This document shows positions 1 to 12,566 of a DNA stretch of 64,000 nt, piece by piece. Where the stretch lies: assembly GCF_006345805.1 (NCBI RefSeq), contig NC_043009.1:52080001-52144000 (forward strand), read 5' to 3'. Both the position numbers and the translations under genes were made by a program. The notes beneath the pieces were generated by a model. The model worked only from the letters and a program-made list of their open reading frames with translations. It did no database searches and was not told the origin of the DNA. Each line of letters begins with the position of its first letter. The first letter of the stretch is position 1. Source of the stretch: Octopus sinensis (lineage: Eukaryota).

Positions 1-280
1 AGACAGAAACTGAAAGAAGCCCACCGTATACATATATATGTATATATGCATGTGTATGTGTCTTTGAGTCTGTGTTTGTAACTCATCATCGCTTGGCAAC
101 TGGTGTTTTGGTGTAGTTACATCCCCGTAATTTGGCGGTTCGGCAAAAGGACCGATGGTATAAGTACTAGGTTTTAAAAAGAAAAGCAAGTCCTGGAGTC
201 GATTTATTCGACTAAAACCCTTCAAGGCGGTGACCCAGCATGGCCGTTATCAAATGACTGAAGCAAGTAAGGGTAAAAGA
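1..280 (+). mobile_element. SINE, main family of this window, 3' portion (cut by window edge)
   Basis: Contains family blocks GAAACTGAAAGAAGCCC, GCGGTTCGGCAAAAG..ACCGAT, AAGGCGGTG..CCAGCATGGCCG and CAAATGACTGAA, also seen in copies at 24332, 25153, 29811 and 36333. Confidence 0.85.
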
Positions 281-412
281 CATCGGTCAAAATGCTTAGC
301 GGCAATAATTTGGTTTTGTGCACTGTGAATTCAAATCCTGCCGAGATTGAATTTTCCTTTCGTTTTTTTTCTTCGGTCTTGATAGAATAACATATCACTC
401 AAGTACCGAGGC
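281..412 (+). mobile_element. Degenerate SINE of a second family
   Basis: AAAATGCTTAGCGGC..TTCAAATCCTGCCGAGATTGAATTTTCCTTT resembles the reverse complement of 17541-17702. Confidence 0.5.
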
Positions 413-623
413 CCATGTATTTGACTTGTCTCTGCTCGTAAAACATCACTGGCCTTATATCCTGTAAGGTATTACCATTTCCTTCAAGCCGGGATGTTGT
501 GAATTTAGTCACTTAGGCTCCAAGGAAACAGCGTGTTACTAGTCCTAGAGTTCAAGAAAACTAGAAAAAAATATCTAAAATTCAATGACAGTACAACATA
601 TATATATATAAAATTTACATCTA

Positions 624-860
<237 letters not shown>

Positions 861-1758
861 ACACAGTAAAAATGATTTGTAAATGTGTACAAGACATTTA
901 CAGATAATTTCAAGTTCATGTTTCGAGTGTTAAGTGAGAGGGGCGTGGGCGTATTTTTGATGATTCTCATTATACACTAGAATATATTTGAACAAAATTC
1001 AGAAATGAATGTAAAGAATGTAATGAAAGTGGAGAAATAAGGTAGTCAAATGGCTTACAGAATAGAGAAGAAAAATAATTTATGAAAAAGTAAAGGGTTG
1101 AAAAAAAAAATTAAGAGAAGGAAAAAAGAAAGAAGAATGTAAAAGAAGTGAATGGGTTGAAGAAGATAAACGAGTGTTTATAGAGGAAGAAATAAAACAG
1201 TTGATCAGCGTTAATAAAGGAAAAAAAATAAATAATATTTCAATAAAGTGAAACACAGTAAAAAAATAAAATGTTAACGTGATTCATTTTCGAGATTGAA
1301 GTTCTTTTATCAATATTGAGATAAAGACAAGAGGATACAAAGCGGTTTACTAATAATTTTCAGTCTTAAACGAAATGAATTTGAACGACTCTTATGCTAC
1401 TACTCGAAAGGCTTTTGCATCCACGTGCGTGCGCATACATGCACGCGACACAGGTACACATGTACAAACATGTACATAAATTTATAAATCCGAATTCTGC
1501 TTACGTATACATAGACATACACACGCGTAAATATATGTATACGTATATGCGTGTACGTGTGTGTGTATATACAAACATGCATACATAGAACCACACACAC
1601 ACACACACAAATATGTTATATAATGTATATGCACATATATTATATATATATATGTATATGTATATATATATACACACACACTCATATATACACATACATA
1701 TATTATATATGCGTGCACATATACGTTCATACATGCATACATATATATTGGTATATAC

Positions 1759-1799
<41 letters not shown>

Positions 1800-1835
1800 T
1801 ATATATACTATATATATATATAATTATATATATAT

Positions 1836-4800
1836 CACCGGCGCAACAACAACAACAACAACCTCAACAACAACAAACTCAGCGGCAACAACAAACAACA
1901 GCTACATAGCAACAACAACAACTTCAGCAGCAACAACCTCAGAGGCAACAACAACAACCTCAACACAACACAGGATGAATCACTCCTTGATTCATCTACA
2001 ATGGCCGATTTGCTAAATGAAGCGATTGACCCCCCAGTCATCAGGGTCACACAAGCAGGAAGCACCACCCCTTCCTTTCACTGCCCCAGCAGCTCAATCA
2101 TCATCATTGTCAAACCCATCTCCTCTGCTTACTACTACTAGTACTACTCCCACTATATATCGACAAACATCTTTGTCTTGGAATCGACCTCCTCAATCAT
2201 TACCATGTCAACATCTCTTCTACCTACTACTATACTACTACTACAGCTACTACTACTAATGCTATCTCAAGGAATTTACCTCCTACAGGTCACAAAGGTC
2301 GCCAAAACTTCAACAAACTATCATCTACACCTTTCACAGCTCACACACACACGCACCTACACACCCACTCGAAACCCATCATTTGCCGATATTCTCTTCG
2401 CCATAGACTGTGCACTGATAGAGACTGCAAATTCACCCATTTACCTGGAACAAAACGCTCTATCCCCACAAACTAAACAGCAACCACCATAATACAACAT
2501 CACCACAACCACCAATATCTCAAACAAGGAATCCCCAAATCTGCGCTATTCCCAGCGAGACAGATTGTGCTTGCACAGGGATTTCCCCTTTACCCATCTC
2601 CGGGGACTCGGGACATTTAAAGATAACCACTCACATAAAAATAGCCGCGGGCCACAGTCACCTGCGGTTCCCTAGACAGGAACCACTCTTCTTCCTCTTT
2701 TTTAGCTATAATGAATCTAGCAAAAGAACTGGAAAAAAACATCCGAGCTATCACCCACCGCCATCCACACTATTACCCCACTACACATGCCATTAAAAGC
2801 AATCAAAAAACAAATCACCAAAACAATTAAAAACCATCCACTCTCGCCTCAACATTTCTGCTTAATGCCCAAGGCATCAGCCCTTCCACCAATACACAAA
2901 AAATGGAAGATAAGATTCCTGGAGGACGGGGTCGAGGCCCCATCCAAACCACATCCCTTTCTTCGTCCTCACTGAAACCCATCTTAGTGACCTCACTTGG
3001 AAGCCGAGGTGAAAGTGGGACTGCCATTTATGTCCATGATTCATTCTCAACAGAAGCATGAACATATTTTCGAATGGATACTGCGAAGCAGTCGCTGTAT
3101 TCAGTCAAACCAACAACTTAACAGTAGTTGGGCTCTACAGACCACCCCAAACGCCCCTACCATGCTTCAAGGAATGCCTCAACAGCATAAAGTGTTTCAT
3201 TCAGCAGTGTCAACCTGACAACATTTTAATGATGGGAGATTTCAACCTTCCCGGGGTTGACTGGTCTACAAACAGTCTGCCGCCAGGTTCTTCTCTCTCA
3301 ACCCCTGACAGGGAGGCAGTGGAATCGCTTCTTGACTTCATGGATGACTTCTTCTTGTCCCAACTGGTACTCGAACCAACGAGGTGTCACAAAAACGTCT
3401 TAGACTTAATTTTCAGCAATCACACTGATACTATCCACAATATTGCAGTGGAGAAAACCCTACTCTCCGACCATGACATGGTTCTCTGTGATCTGAGATT
3501 TCACTGGCCAAAATGCAAAACAAATGTCATCCCTCCTGTTCATCCATTTGACACTATGGATTTCCACAATGCAAACTGGGAAGCGATCAATAATGATCTT
3601 GCACAAGTCGATTGGTCCTTCACGCACACATACACACCCACTAACATCAAAAAGTCCTGGCAGTCACTTGTAGACACCATCACGAACATATGTGCAAGAC
3701 ACACCCCATTAAGATCTGCAAACAAATCTAAGTGTCGAATCCCTAGAGAAATAGAAAATCTCTCATAAGGAAATTAAAAGAATCAACAAAAAGATCAACA
3801 TGCTGAAATACTGTCAACAGCAACACACCAACCTGACTGCCATCTCGTCGCTAGAGATTAAAAAACATAAACTCCAAAACAACATGATGTCTATCATCAA
3901 TAGTCAGCGAAGAGCTGAAGAGGCCTGGGCCATTGAGAAGATCAAACTCAATCCCAAAGTGTTCTTTTCATTTGCAAAAAAACACAGAGTCACTGGTTCT
4001 ACTGTTGGCCCTCTGATTGATGAAAATGGTACTCTTCAAGACAATGCCAAAACCATGGGAGAAATATTGCAGAAACAATATTGCTCTGTTTTCAGCAATC
4101 CTGATATGACTGATCTGGGCTGTATCAGTGATGTTACTCCCCAATACACTTTATCGGACATAACATTTGGCGCTCTGATGTCTTAGCAGCAATAAGGAAA
4201 TGAAGCATAATTCAGCAGTAGTTCCCGATAGGTTCCCTGCTTGTGTCTTGAAGATGTGTCAAAAACAACTTGCACCCCCTCTAGCCAATCTGTGGCGGAA
4301 CTCATTGGATGCTGGATATATACCAGACCAGAAGACCTTCTATCCCAGTCTGTTGTCCCAGTTTTCAAAAAGGAAACAAATCGCTTGCCGTGAATTACCG
4401 TCCAATCTCACTCACCTCTCATATCATCAAGGTATTTGAGAGGGTGCTGAGATCGCGTATGACTCACTTCCTTGAGAGTCATAATATGCTGAACCCCAAC
4501 CAGCATGGATTCCGTAATGGGAGAGATTGCCTGACGCAGCTACTGCATCATTTTGATGACATTTTGAGAGCCTTGGGAGAGGGTTCCAACACTGATGTCA
4601 TCTACCTTGATTTCAGCAGGCCTTTGACAGGGTTGATCATAAGATCCTTCTGAGAAAGCTGTCCAATATTGGTGTCACTGGAAAGCTGCTGCAATAGATC
4701 AAGTGCTTCCTCTCTAACAGACCCAACATGTTGTAGTCGAAGGAGTCAAATCCAGCCCAGCCAAAGTCAGCAGTGGTGTCCCACAAGGCACTGTGTTGGG

Positions 4801-5838
4801 CCCACTTCTCTTCATCATCTACATAAATGATATTACTGACACCATCAAACACAGCAACATCAGAACCTTCGCTGATGATTCCAAGCTCCAGAAGGTATCA
4901 ATGGCGTGGATGACCGAATAAACCTTCAGTCAGACCTACTGGCTGTTGTCCAATGGGCGGAAAAGAATAACATGTTGCTAAATGAAGACAAATTCGAACT
5001 GATCCACTTTGGAAGGGAGGACGCTCTGAAACTCCCATACTCTCTTCCTTCTGGAGAAATTCTCATGGCATCCAACAACATCAGAGACCTGGGAGTAACA
5101 GTGGACAACAACATAAGCTGGGCTACACATATAAGCAGCAAAGTTGACATGGCCCGCAGAATGTGTTCCTGGATTCTCAGAACCTTCCAGTCGAGAGATT
5201 CCCACGCTATTATCCTTCTCTTCTCCACTTTTGCCCGACCCCACCTTGAATACTGCTGTCCACTGTGGTCTCCCTACACAAAACAAAATATTATGAGAAT
5301 TGAAGCTCCCCAAAGGTCAATCACAAAAAAGATAGATGGCATGTCAGACCTTGACTACTGGGGTAGACTAGAGAAGCTGAATTGTATTCACTCCAACGAC
5401 GCCGTGAACGCTATATTATCTGTATGATGTGGAAATATTCCATCAGCACTGTCCGAATGATGTTGGCATCACCTTCAAAATACATCCAAGGCTTGGACCA
5501 CGTGCCATCCGTCCACAACAAAAATCTAAATCGCATCACATAACGACAATACGGCACAACTATTTCACCTCAATTGGACCCGCTCTCTTCAACATTACAC
5601 CAGGACACGTCAAAAAGAAACTGACCACACAAAATTCAAGAAGTCTTTGGACAAATTCCTTCAAACAGTACCGGACAAACCACCCACACCCGGATATGTC
5701 TCCGCAAACAATAACTCTCTGCTCGAATGGGCCTTGGTGCCCAAATCCTGAACTGAAAGACTTCGCCAGGTGGTGCTATTAAGTAGACATGGCCTGGGCC
5801 AATACTGGCCAAAAACCTTTCTAAGTTATTCTAAGTTA
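1836..5838 (+). mobile_element. CR1/Jockey-group non-LTR retrotransposon (APE endonuclease + RT), 5'-truncated, decayed by frameshifts and stops
   Basis: Endonuclease motifs SGTAIYV, VVGLYRPP, MMGDFNLPGVDW, LDLIFSN and SDHDMV (about 2850-3500). RT motifs NYRPISLTS, NQHGFR, YLDFS, SGVPQGTVLGPLLFIIYIND and FADD (about 4200-4900), then RPHLEYCCPLWSP. Gln-rich ORF1-like remnant at 1840-2700. 3' end CTAAGTTATTCTAAGTTA. (AT)n on both flanks. Confidence 0.92.
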
Positions 5839-5881
5839 TATCTATATATATAAACATATGTATATATATACATATATATAT

Positions 5882-5925
<44 letters not shown>

Positions 5926-5983
5926 CACATATATATGTATGTACGGATGTATATATGTACGTGTGTATATATGTTATATATAT

Positions 5984-6259
5984 TGTTTGTTCCTTCTAGA
6001 GCCATGCCTGACTCATAAGGGCTGATTTCCCGGTTTCCTTGGCGTATACGTTCCCCACCTGGACGGGACGCTGATCCGTCACAGATGAGCTGCACGATGC
6101 AGGAGAAAGGTTGAGAGAAAGTTGTGGCGAAAGAGTCAGCAGAAGTTCGCCATTACCTTCTGCCGGAGCCGCGTAGAGCTTAGGTCTTTCGCTCATACAC
6201 AGACACATCACCTGGTCTGAGATTTGAAACCGTGATCCCTCTAAGCACTAGGCCATGTG
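5984..6259 (-). mobile_element. tRNA-derived SINE (body Y, tail T1)
   Basis: Homologous to 38695-38996 over its length; decayed tRNA-like head at the right end; tail block GTCCCGTCCAGGTGGGGAA on the minus strand. Confidence 0.85.
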
Positions 6260-6265
6260 GTAGGC

Positions 6266-6298
<33 letters not shown>

Positions 6299-6699
6299 AT
6301 ATATGGTTGTGAATCCGTTTTCGTTTAGTGCGCTTTACACTATCATCTGAGGTGCTCCATCATCATAATTCTGTGAAACTTGATTTCTACCTTTCTAGAC
6401 TCTTATCCGAAACTCCAAATGAGAAGATTAATTAGTTGCGTCTCGAACAACTAAGAATATATTTCAAAATATGAAAAATAGAAAACAAAATTCGCTTGAA
6501 AGTTCATACATAAATGTCAAAATAAGAAAGAAACTAAATACTAAGTTCTAAACTAAGAATGAGGGGTCGTTGTATCATTCAATTGAGTTTGGTATGAAAG
6601 TGTTATTTAATTTTTGAACCTTAAATTTCATAGTTAGCATCAATCTATCCTCGAAATTGACGTCTTATGGATATATTCAATGCACGACTATTCTCTTTT

Positions 6700-7028
6700 T
6701 TTTTTCTCTTTTTACTTCTTTCAGTCATTTTGACTGCGGCCATGTTGGTGCACCGCATCTAATCGAGCAACTCGAACCCGGGACTTATTCTATCGGTTGT
6801 CAAGCAATGCTAGGGGGACAAACACAGACACACAAACATACACGCACATGCATATATATATACATATATACGACGAGATTCTTTCAGTTTCCGTCTACCA
6901 AATCCACTCACAAGGATTTGTTCGGCCCGAGGCTATAGTAGAAGACACTTGCCCAAGGTGCCACGCAGTGGGACTGAACCCGGAACCATGTGGTGGTAAA
7001 CAAACCTACTTACCACACAGCCACTCCT
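6700..7028 (-). mobile_element. Main-family SINE with an internal deletion
   Basis: Head GGCTGTGTGGTAAG..GGTTCAGTCCCACTGCGTGGCACCTTGGGCAAGTG and tail present. About 90 bp of the middle are missing relative to 24332-24740, with ATCGGT at the junction. Confidence 0.9.
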
Positions 7029-7326
7029 ATTTTTCACCCTTTACACACAACATATATATATATAATATATATATTATATATATATATATATAGTATATAT
7101 AATATATATATATAAATTGATCAAAATAAATTAAAAATAAAACATGAGGCGAAGGATTCAGCGGTACATATGTTTCGGGCCTTTATTAGACAGATTCATA
7201 ACAAATCATAATGTATGTCTGTGGCCTTCTTCAGCCGCGCACAACAGCTTCCACAAGGACATGTGTTACTTCCGAAATTCTTGGTTGGGGATGCAATTTC
7301 TCGTTCCCGTACGATATAATGCGGCA

Positions 7327-7411
<85 letters not shown>

Positions 7412-7696
7412 ATATATTATATATATATAAGTTAAAACTACAACTTTTAAAATTTAACAAAATGTAACCAAAATTCCTGTAGTCATACCGATATACGATC
7501 AAATTAAACATTTATAGCTAGCCATTAACTGCAACACAATCAACCTCGAACCCACCAACACAAACGCATTTAAATAGGACAAACATATAATAAGTAAATA
7601 CATTCATGTATACAACGTTCTAACAACATGCAGTATTACAAAGGTATGCCTGTGAATAAAGTAAAATACCCAACTAAAAATGTCAGAATGATATGT

Positions 7697-7748
7697 GGAC
7701 GCCTCTGATGAGAACCCATTTATGTTCGAAAATCGATTAATGTTGTTC
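7697..7748 (+). ncRNA. Type I minimal hammerhead ribozyme motif (Penelope-LTR-like), stem I degenerate
   Basis: CTGATGA (7705-7711), stem II GAAC/GTTC, GAA, palindromic stem III AATCGATT (7731-7738), then A7739 as the cleavage nucleotide. Stem I pairing is poor. Confidence 0.55.
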
Positions 7749-7827
7749 ATCAATTTTTTTCAGTCTACAGACAAACGAGAAAATTTCCCCTGTTTATAAT
7801 TGTACCATATGTTATACATATACATAT

Positions 7828-7858
<31 letters not shown>

Positions 7859-7864
7859 TATCTA

Positions 7865-7916
<52 letters not shown>

Positions 7917-7932
7917 TGTGGTTGGTGAGAAG

Positions 7933-8063
7933 AGGGATATAATATCCAGGCAGATACCGAATTTCTCTGAGTCAGAATCATTTCTGTCAATGTGTTTTTT
8001 GGTACTTTTCCTTTAATTCCTATCTGATGTTCCGGTTTATTTCTTGGCTTCTTAGGGTGTAAA
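7933..8063. repeat. Short dispersed repeat, homologous to 9115-9262
   Basis: Shared blocks AGGGATATAA..CCAGGCAGATAC, TTTTGGTA.TTTTCCTTTA.TTC and GATGTTCC.GTTTAT. Confidence 0.75.
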
Positions 8064-8108
8064 GAACAATGTGTGTGTGTGTGTGTATCTGTGTGTGTGT
8101 GAGTGTGT

Positions 8109-8350
8109 GTGTGGACTAGTGGTTAGGGTGTGGCACTCACCATCGTAATATTGTGGTTTCGATTCCTGGAACGGATGACGCGTTGTATTCTTGAACAAAA
8201 CACTTCATTTCACCTTGCTCCAGTCCACTCAGGTGGCAAAATGTGTAATCCTGAGATGGATCGGCGTCCCGTCCAGGTGGGGAATATTTACGCCATTGAA
8301 ACCGGGAAGCCGGCCTTCATGAACCTTGCATACCTCGAGAAGGAAACATT
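8109..8350 (+). mobile_element. tRNA-derived SINE (body X, tail T1)
   Basis: A-box-like GGACTAGTGGTTAGG, B-box-like GGTTTCGATTCC, body TTGCTCCAGTCCACTCAGGTGGCAAAA, tail GGCGTCCCGTCCAGGTGGGGAA. Confidence 0.85.
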
Positions 8351-8356
8351 TCTATA

Positions 8357-8390
<34 letters not shown>

Positions 8391-8440
8391 GATTGTTGTT
8401 GTTATTGTTATTAATTATTATTATTATTATTATTATTATT

Positions 8441-9020
8441 GAGTGAGAGAGCAGTTCATGCCATCAAAGTGACACTGGGGTAAAATATAAGAAGCCCAAT
8501 ATACCCATCATGACTACCCGACTGATAAGGGTACACCAGACACATGCATCACAACCATATGTGTGCGATATGGTGATCTCATATCAAGATAAACAGCGCA
8601 TGACCTTGCAGGTGGGGCCAGTTAGAATTTTCTTGAGGTTGAGTAGCCCATCCCGCTCAAAAGGTCCCTGAATAAGGGTTATTTAAGGATGTTGAAAGAA
8701 CCACCCATGTTTCCAGAGGTGAATTATTCAAACCCCAAAGAATCCCTCTCAACACATAGCTATGATGCTCCCCCACTACTTCTGCGCGTGATCAGAGATG
8801 CACATATCGTCAGCCACTAAGGAACATGCTCAACTGGTTAAGGTCAAACAACTGACAAGCAAATCTGTGGTATTGAGCAGAATATTTGCTGTAGCCCATC
8901 TTTTATACCAAGACAAAACAATGTACATGATAACACTTCCAATCAGTTAAGATCAGAAGCCATGAGAGCCACTGCCTGGTACTGCATCAGGGCATCCACT
9001 GCCTGGTACTGCATCAGGGC

Positions 9021-9022
<2 letters not shown>
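8441..9022 (-). mobile_element. ~580-bp non-coding element embedded in (TAA)n; orientation inferred from an (AAT)n tail
   Basis: Complex sequence with sharp junctions to (ATT)n on both sides; 27-bp tandem duplication at 8969-9022; no ORF or tRNA head recognised. Confidence 0.55.
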
Positions 9023-9079
<57 letters not shown>

Positions 9080-9114
9080 GTATTTATGTATGTGTGTGTA
9101 TATATAGTATGCGG

Positions 9115-9262
9115 AGGGATATAACAACCAGGCAGATACAGATAACGAATATCTGAGGCAAAGTATCACGGTTGGGTCCCTCTGATTGTGTGTCTTTTGG
9201 TAATTTTCCTTTAGTTCGCATCCGATGTTCCAGTTTATCTCTTGTTTACTTAGAGTATAACG
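9115..9262. repeat. Short dispersed repeat, homologous to 7933-8063
   Basis: Same shared blocks as 7933-8063. Confidence 0.75.
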
Positions 9263-9266
9263 TATA

Positions 9267-9313
<47 letters not shown>

Positions 9314-9315
9314 CA

Positions 9316-9382
<67 letters not shown>

Positions 9383-10928
9383 AGAGAGAGAGAGAGAGAG
9401 AGAGAGGGGAGAGAGATAGCTATACATATATATTATATATATACATGAAATACATGTATGTATATACCTAACAATTTATGTACATGATATATATATATAT
9501 TTGTGTGTGTGTATGGGTGTGTATGTATATTGTATACCGATATTATATATACACCGAAATACAGAAATCTAATCCAACGTTGATGAAGTTGTTATGTACG
9601 AATTGAAGAAAAGAAACCCACCAACCGTTTCAGAAATATTGACATTCAGTGAGATTGTTGCCGCGCAGAAATTTATGAATTTGACAGTGCATCTAATTAA
9701 ATCAATCAGAATCTGTTTTGTCCCAAGGCACGGTCACTAATGAAGTATTCCATTGCTAGTTATTTGAGAATGTCCGATTTAAAAATTAATACTAGTTTTA
9801 ACTAATGTCTCATATTGTATGAAGGGATAGAATTTCTGATAACAGTTCAATACTGAAACTATCGGATTTGCGGAGAAGTGTTATGATGGCCTGTGTAGCT
9901 ATATTCATCCATGTGAAAGGTCATATTAGTGTTCAATAAGTTCCGTTGCCGTGATGAGTTGTGGAGTCAAATGTTCCTAACCTTACCCTTCATCTTGAGT
10001 GAAGAAGCGAGAGAGAGTGTAATGTTATCATCTCCTGTGCTGCTTGACAAGTAAATGACGAATGACCGAAGTTGAAGGAGTGTTCGTGTTGGTGGTGGGA
10101 CGTGATGTGAGACGAGATTAGGCAATAGTGAATAAAGTTGTACAGGAAGGTTTGGAAGTAAGATAAAACTAATGATGAGGAAACTAAGAATTGGAGGAAT
10201 AAATAAGAGTAATATTGTATCGTATGCAGGGCATCATGGACAGGTAGATTTTATTATTACCTTAAATGGAGCAATGCGTTGCGTTTGAAAGAGTTTTCGG
10301 AAGAGCTAAGTAGAATCTAGTTTTACATCTTACGCTATGTTTGGGACCCCATTCCACACCAACATAAAACTATTGGCTGATATTGCGTAGTGAAAGCTGT
10401 AACAAGAAATCAGAGACTAAATTTTCAATCTGAAAACAATTTCCACGGTTTTCTAACCTCAATTTTCGGTACTGACTAGGAAGGGCATGGATGGAATCAT
10501 TTTACTTCAGCTCGGTTCGCATAAAATATGCAAGAGGTCCACTTCAAAATAAAGAGACTGATGGTACAAATAACGATTGTTTGAGTCATGGAAATACTTA
10601 CAACACATGCAATTAGAAGAGTTATTTATGTATAACAATCACTATACAAGGATATCTGAAGTAAGAAACACAATCTTTGTAAGTTAAGATGTATTACTTA
10701 ATGAAGTCGTTACATGCTCAATCTGGATTTACGTGCTTGATATCATCATTACTTTTGTAACTGTTTAACCCCAGATCGCATCTATGAATGATAATCTCCA
10801 TGATAAAATCTCTTCTAATCCCGATCTCCTCTTCCTTTTTATTATTTTTTTGTTGTTGTTCGCGCAGCATTTATCAGATGCTTTATATTCCAGTGTAAGT
10901 TAAGGCACTAACTGTAGTCATTACGGTA

Positions 10929-11155
10929 TACTCTTACTCTCTTTACTCTTTTACTTGTTTCAGTCATTTGACTGCTGCCATGCTGGAGCACCGCCTTTAG
11001 TCGAGCAAATCGACCCCCGGGACTTATTCTTTGTAAGCCCAGTACTTATTCTATCGGTCTCTTTTGCCGAACCGCTAAGTGATGGGGACGTAAACACACC
11101 AGCATCGGTTGTCAAGTAATGCTAGGGGGGCAAAAACACAGACACACAAACACAC
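10929..11155 (-). mobile_element. Main-family SINE, 3' half
   Basis: TTTCAGTCATTTGACTGC.GCCATGCTGGAGCACCGCCTTTAGTCGAG..GCCGAACCGCTAAG matches the other copies. Confidence 0.9.
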
Positions 11156-12222
11156 TGGTATGGTACGCAGAAAATTTTAATTCTAGGAAGCCGAGCGAAG
11201 GCTTAACATACGCCTAGGTGTTCCATTTTCTACCTTATTTTAATGAAGAAATTCGTTTGAAGATATCAATGGTTTTGTTGAAAACTATATTATGTTGAAT
11301 GTATTTATTCATTGTGGCAGCCATATAGCGTTGGCCATGCTTATTTGGAGTTTTTATATTGTTATACATCCACTCCTATGTACACTACACATATTTACAT
11401 ATAGATGTGTGCATGTGTGTGTGTGTGTGTGAGCGTGTGTGTGTGTGTGTATCTGGCTGGCTGTCTGTTTCTCTCTCTCTCGTTCTCTCTCGTTCTCTCA
11501 ATATATATGTATATATGCATGGATGTATTGTAACAAGGAAGGACAGTAGCTCCGGTGGGAGCGCTGCAAAATATTTTTTGTTTTTTTTGTTTACTTCAGA
11601 CGACTCTTCTACTTTTGACTCTCACCTGTGGGTCTTTATGCACAAGACAATTCGTCAACTCCAGAGCTGTCTCAAACAGTCTAGCTAGCTGACCAATCTT
11701 AAATTTTTGATGTAGGTCTTAAAACATTTCTGTGTCGTACGAAGAGCAATAAACTATCAGGTATAGTTTTGATCATAGGATGGTACTCTGCTAGAGCGAG
11801 GGTATCGTAGACTCATTCCGTATGTATGCGTAGCTGCTCGTTGCTATTTCACATTTCTTTTTGGCCAATGTTTTCCGCATTGGATACATACTCGGTTCTT
11901 AATTTGTGATCAGGTTACCAGTGAAGATCATTTTCTGTGACTCGTAAACAACTTTCGTATGATTTCAAAGATTTATTTCATTTTTCCGTCTACAACAATC
12001 ACTTTTGCGAAAAATGGCACTCTAAACAGTCGCAATGGTCATGCTTTTTTGTGACATCGTAGAGGTTTTCAGGTGATAAACGAATCTCTCTCCAAGACAG
12101 GAGGCATCTTTATGAAGTGTGATATGATACTGACTCTATACCAATCAATCGACACCCCTCACTAAATTTGCCGTTCGTGAAGAAGGTATGACGCTTTCCG
12201 AATTGCGTCAGCTGTCCCTTTT

Positions 12223-12566
12223 TATTGGGTTGTCCGGAAAGTTCGTGCCGATTTTTGAAAAAAGGAAAACGTCAATAAATACTTGCTATTACATTTTTAA
12301 TCAACTAAATATAAACCATTTTGTTGCACAATGCGTTTCCATATTTCCTTTAACTAGAAAATACCCCCTTACCAGAATTGAGGTAGTTTCATGGTAAAAA
12401 AAATTCATCAAGATATTATTTTACGTTATCCAAGGAATTGAAATTTTTACCATTAAGACTATTCTGCAGAGACCTGAATAAGTGGAAATCCGAAAGAGCA
12501 ATATCTGGTGAATATGGAGGGTGGGGTAACACATCCCAGCCGAGCTGCAGCAATTTTCGTCTGGCT
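12223..12566 (-). mobile_element. mariner transposon, 3' end (transposase C-terminus plus one TIR)
   Basis: Minus strand translates RRKLLQLGWDVLPHPPYSPDIALSDFHLFRSLQNSLNGKNFNS (mariner YSPDL motif). TIR-like TATTGGGTTGTCCGGAAAGTTCGTGCCGATTTT at 12223. Confidence 0.9.

Noticed and set aside
11690-12200. Possible further transposase remnant next to the mariner end
   Set aside because: No convincing motif could be read in any frame.
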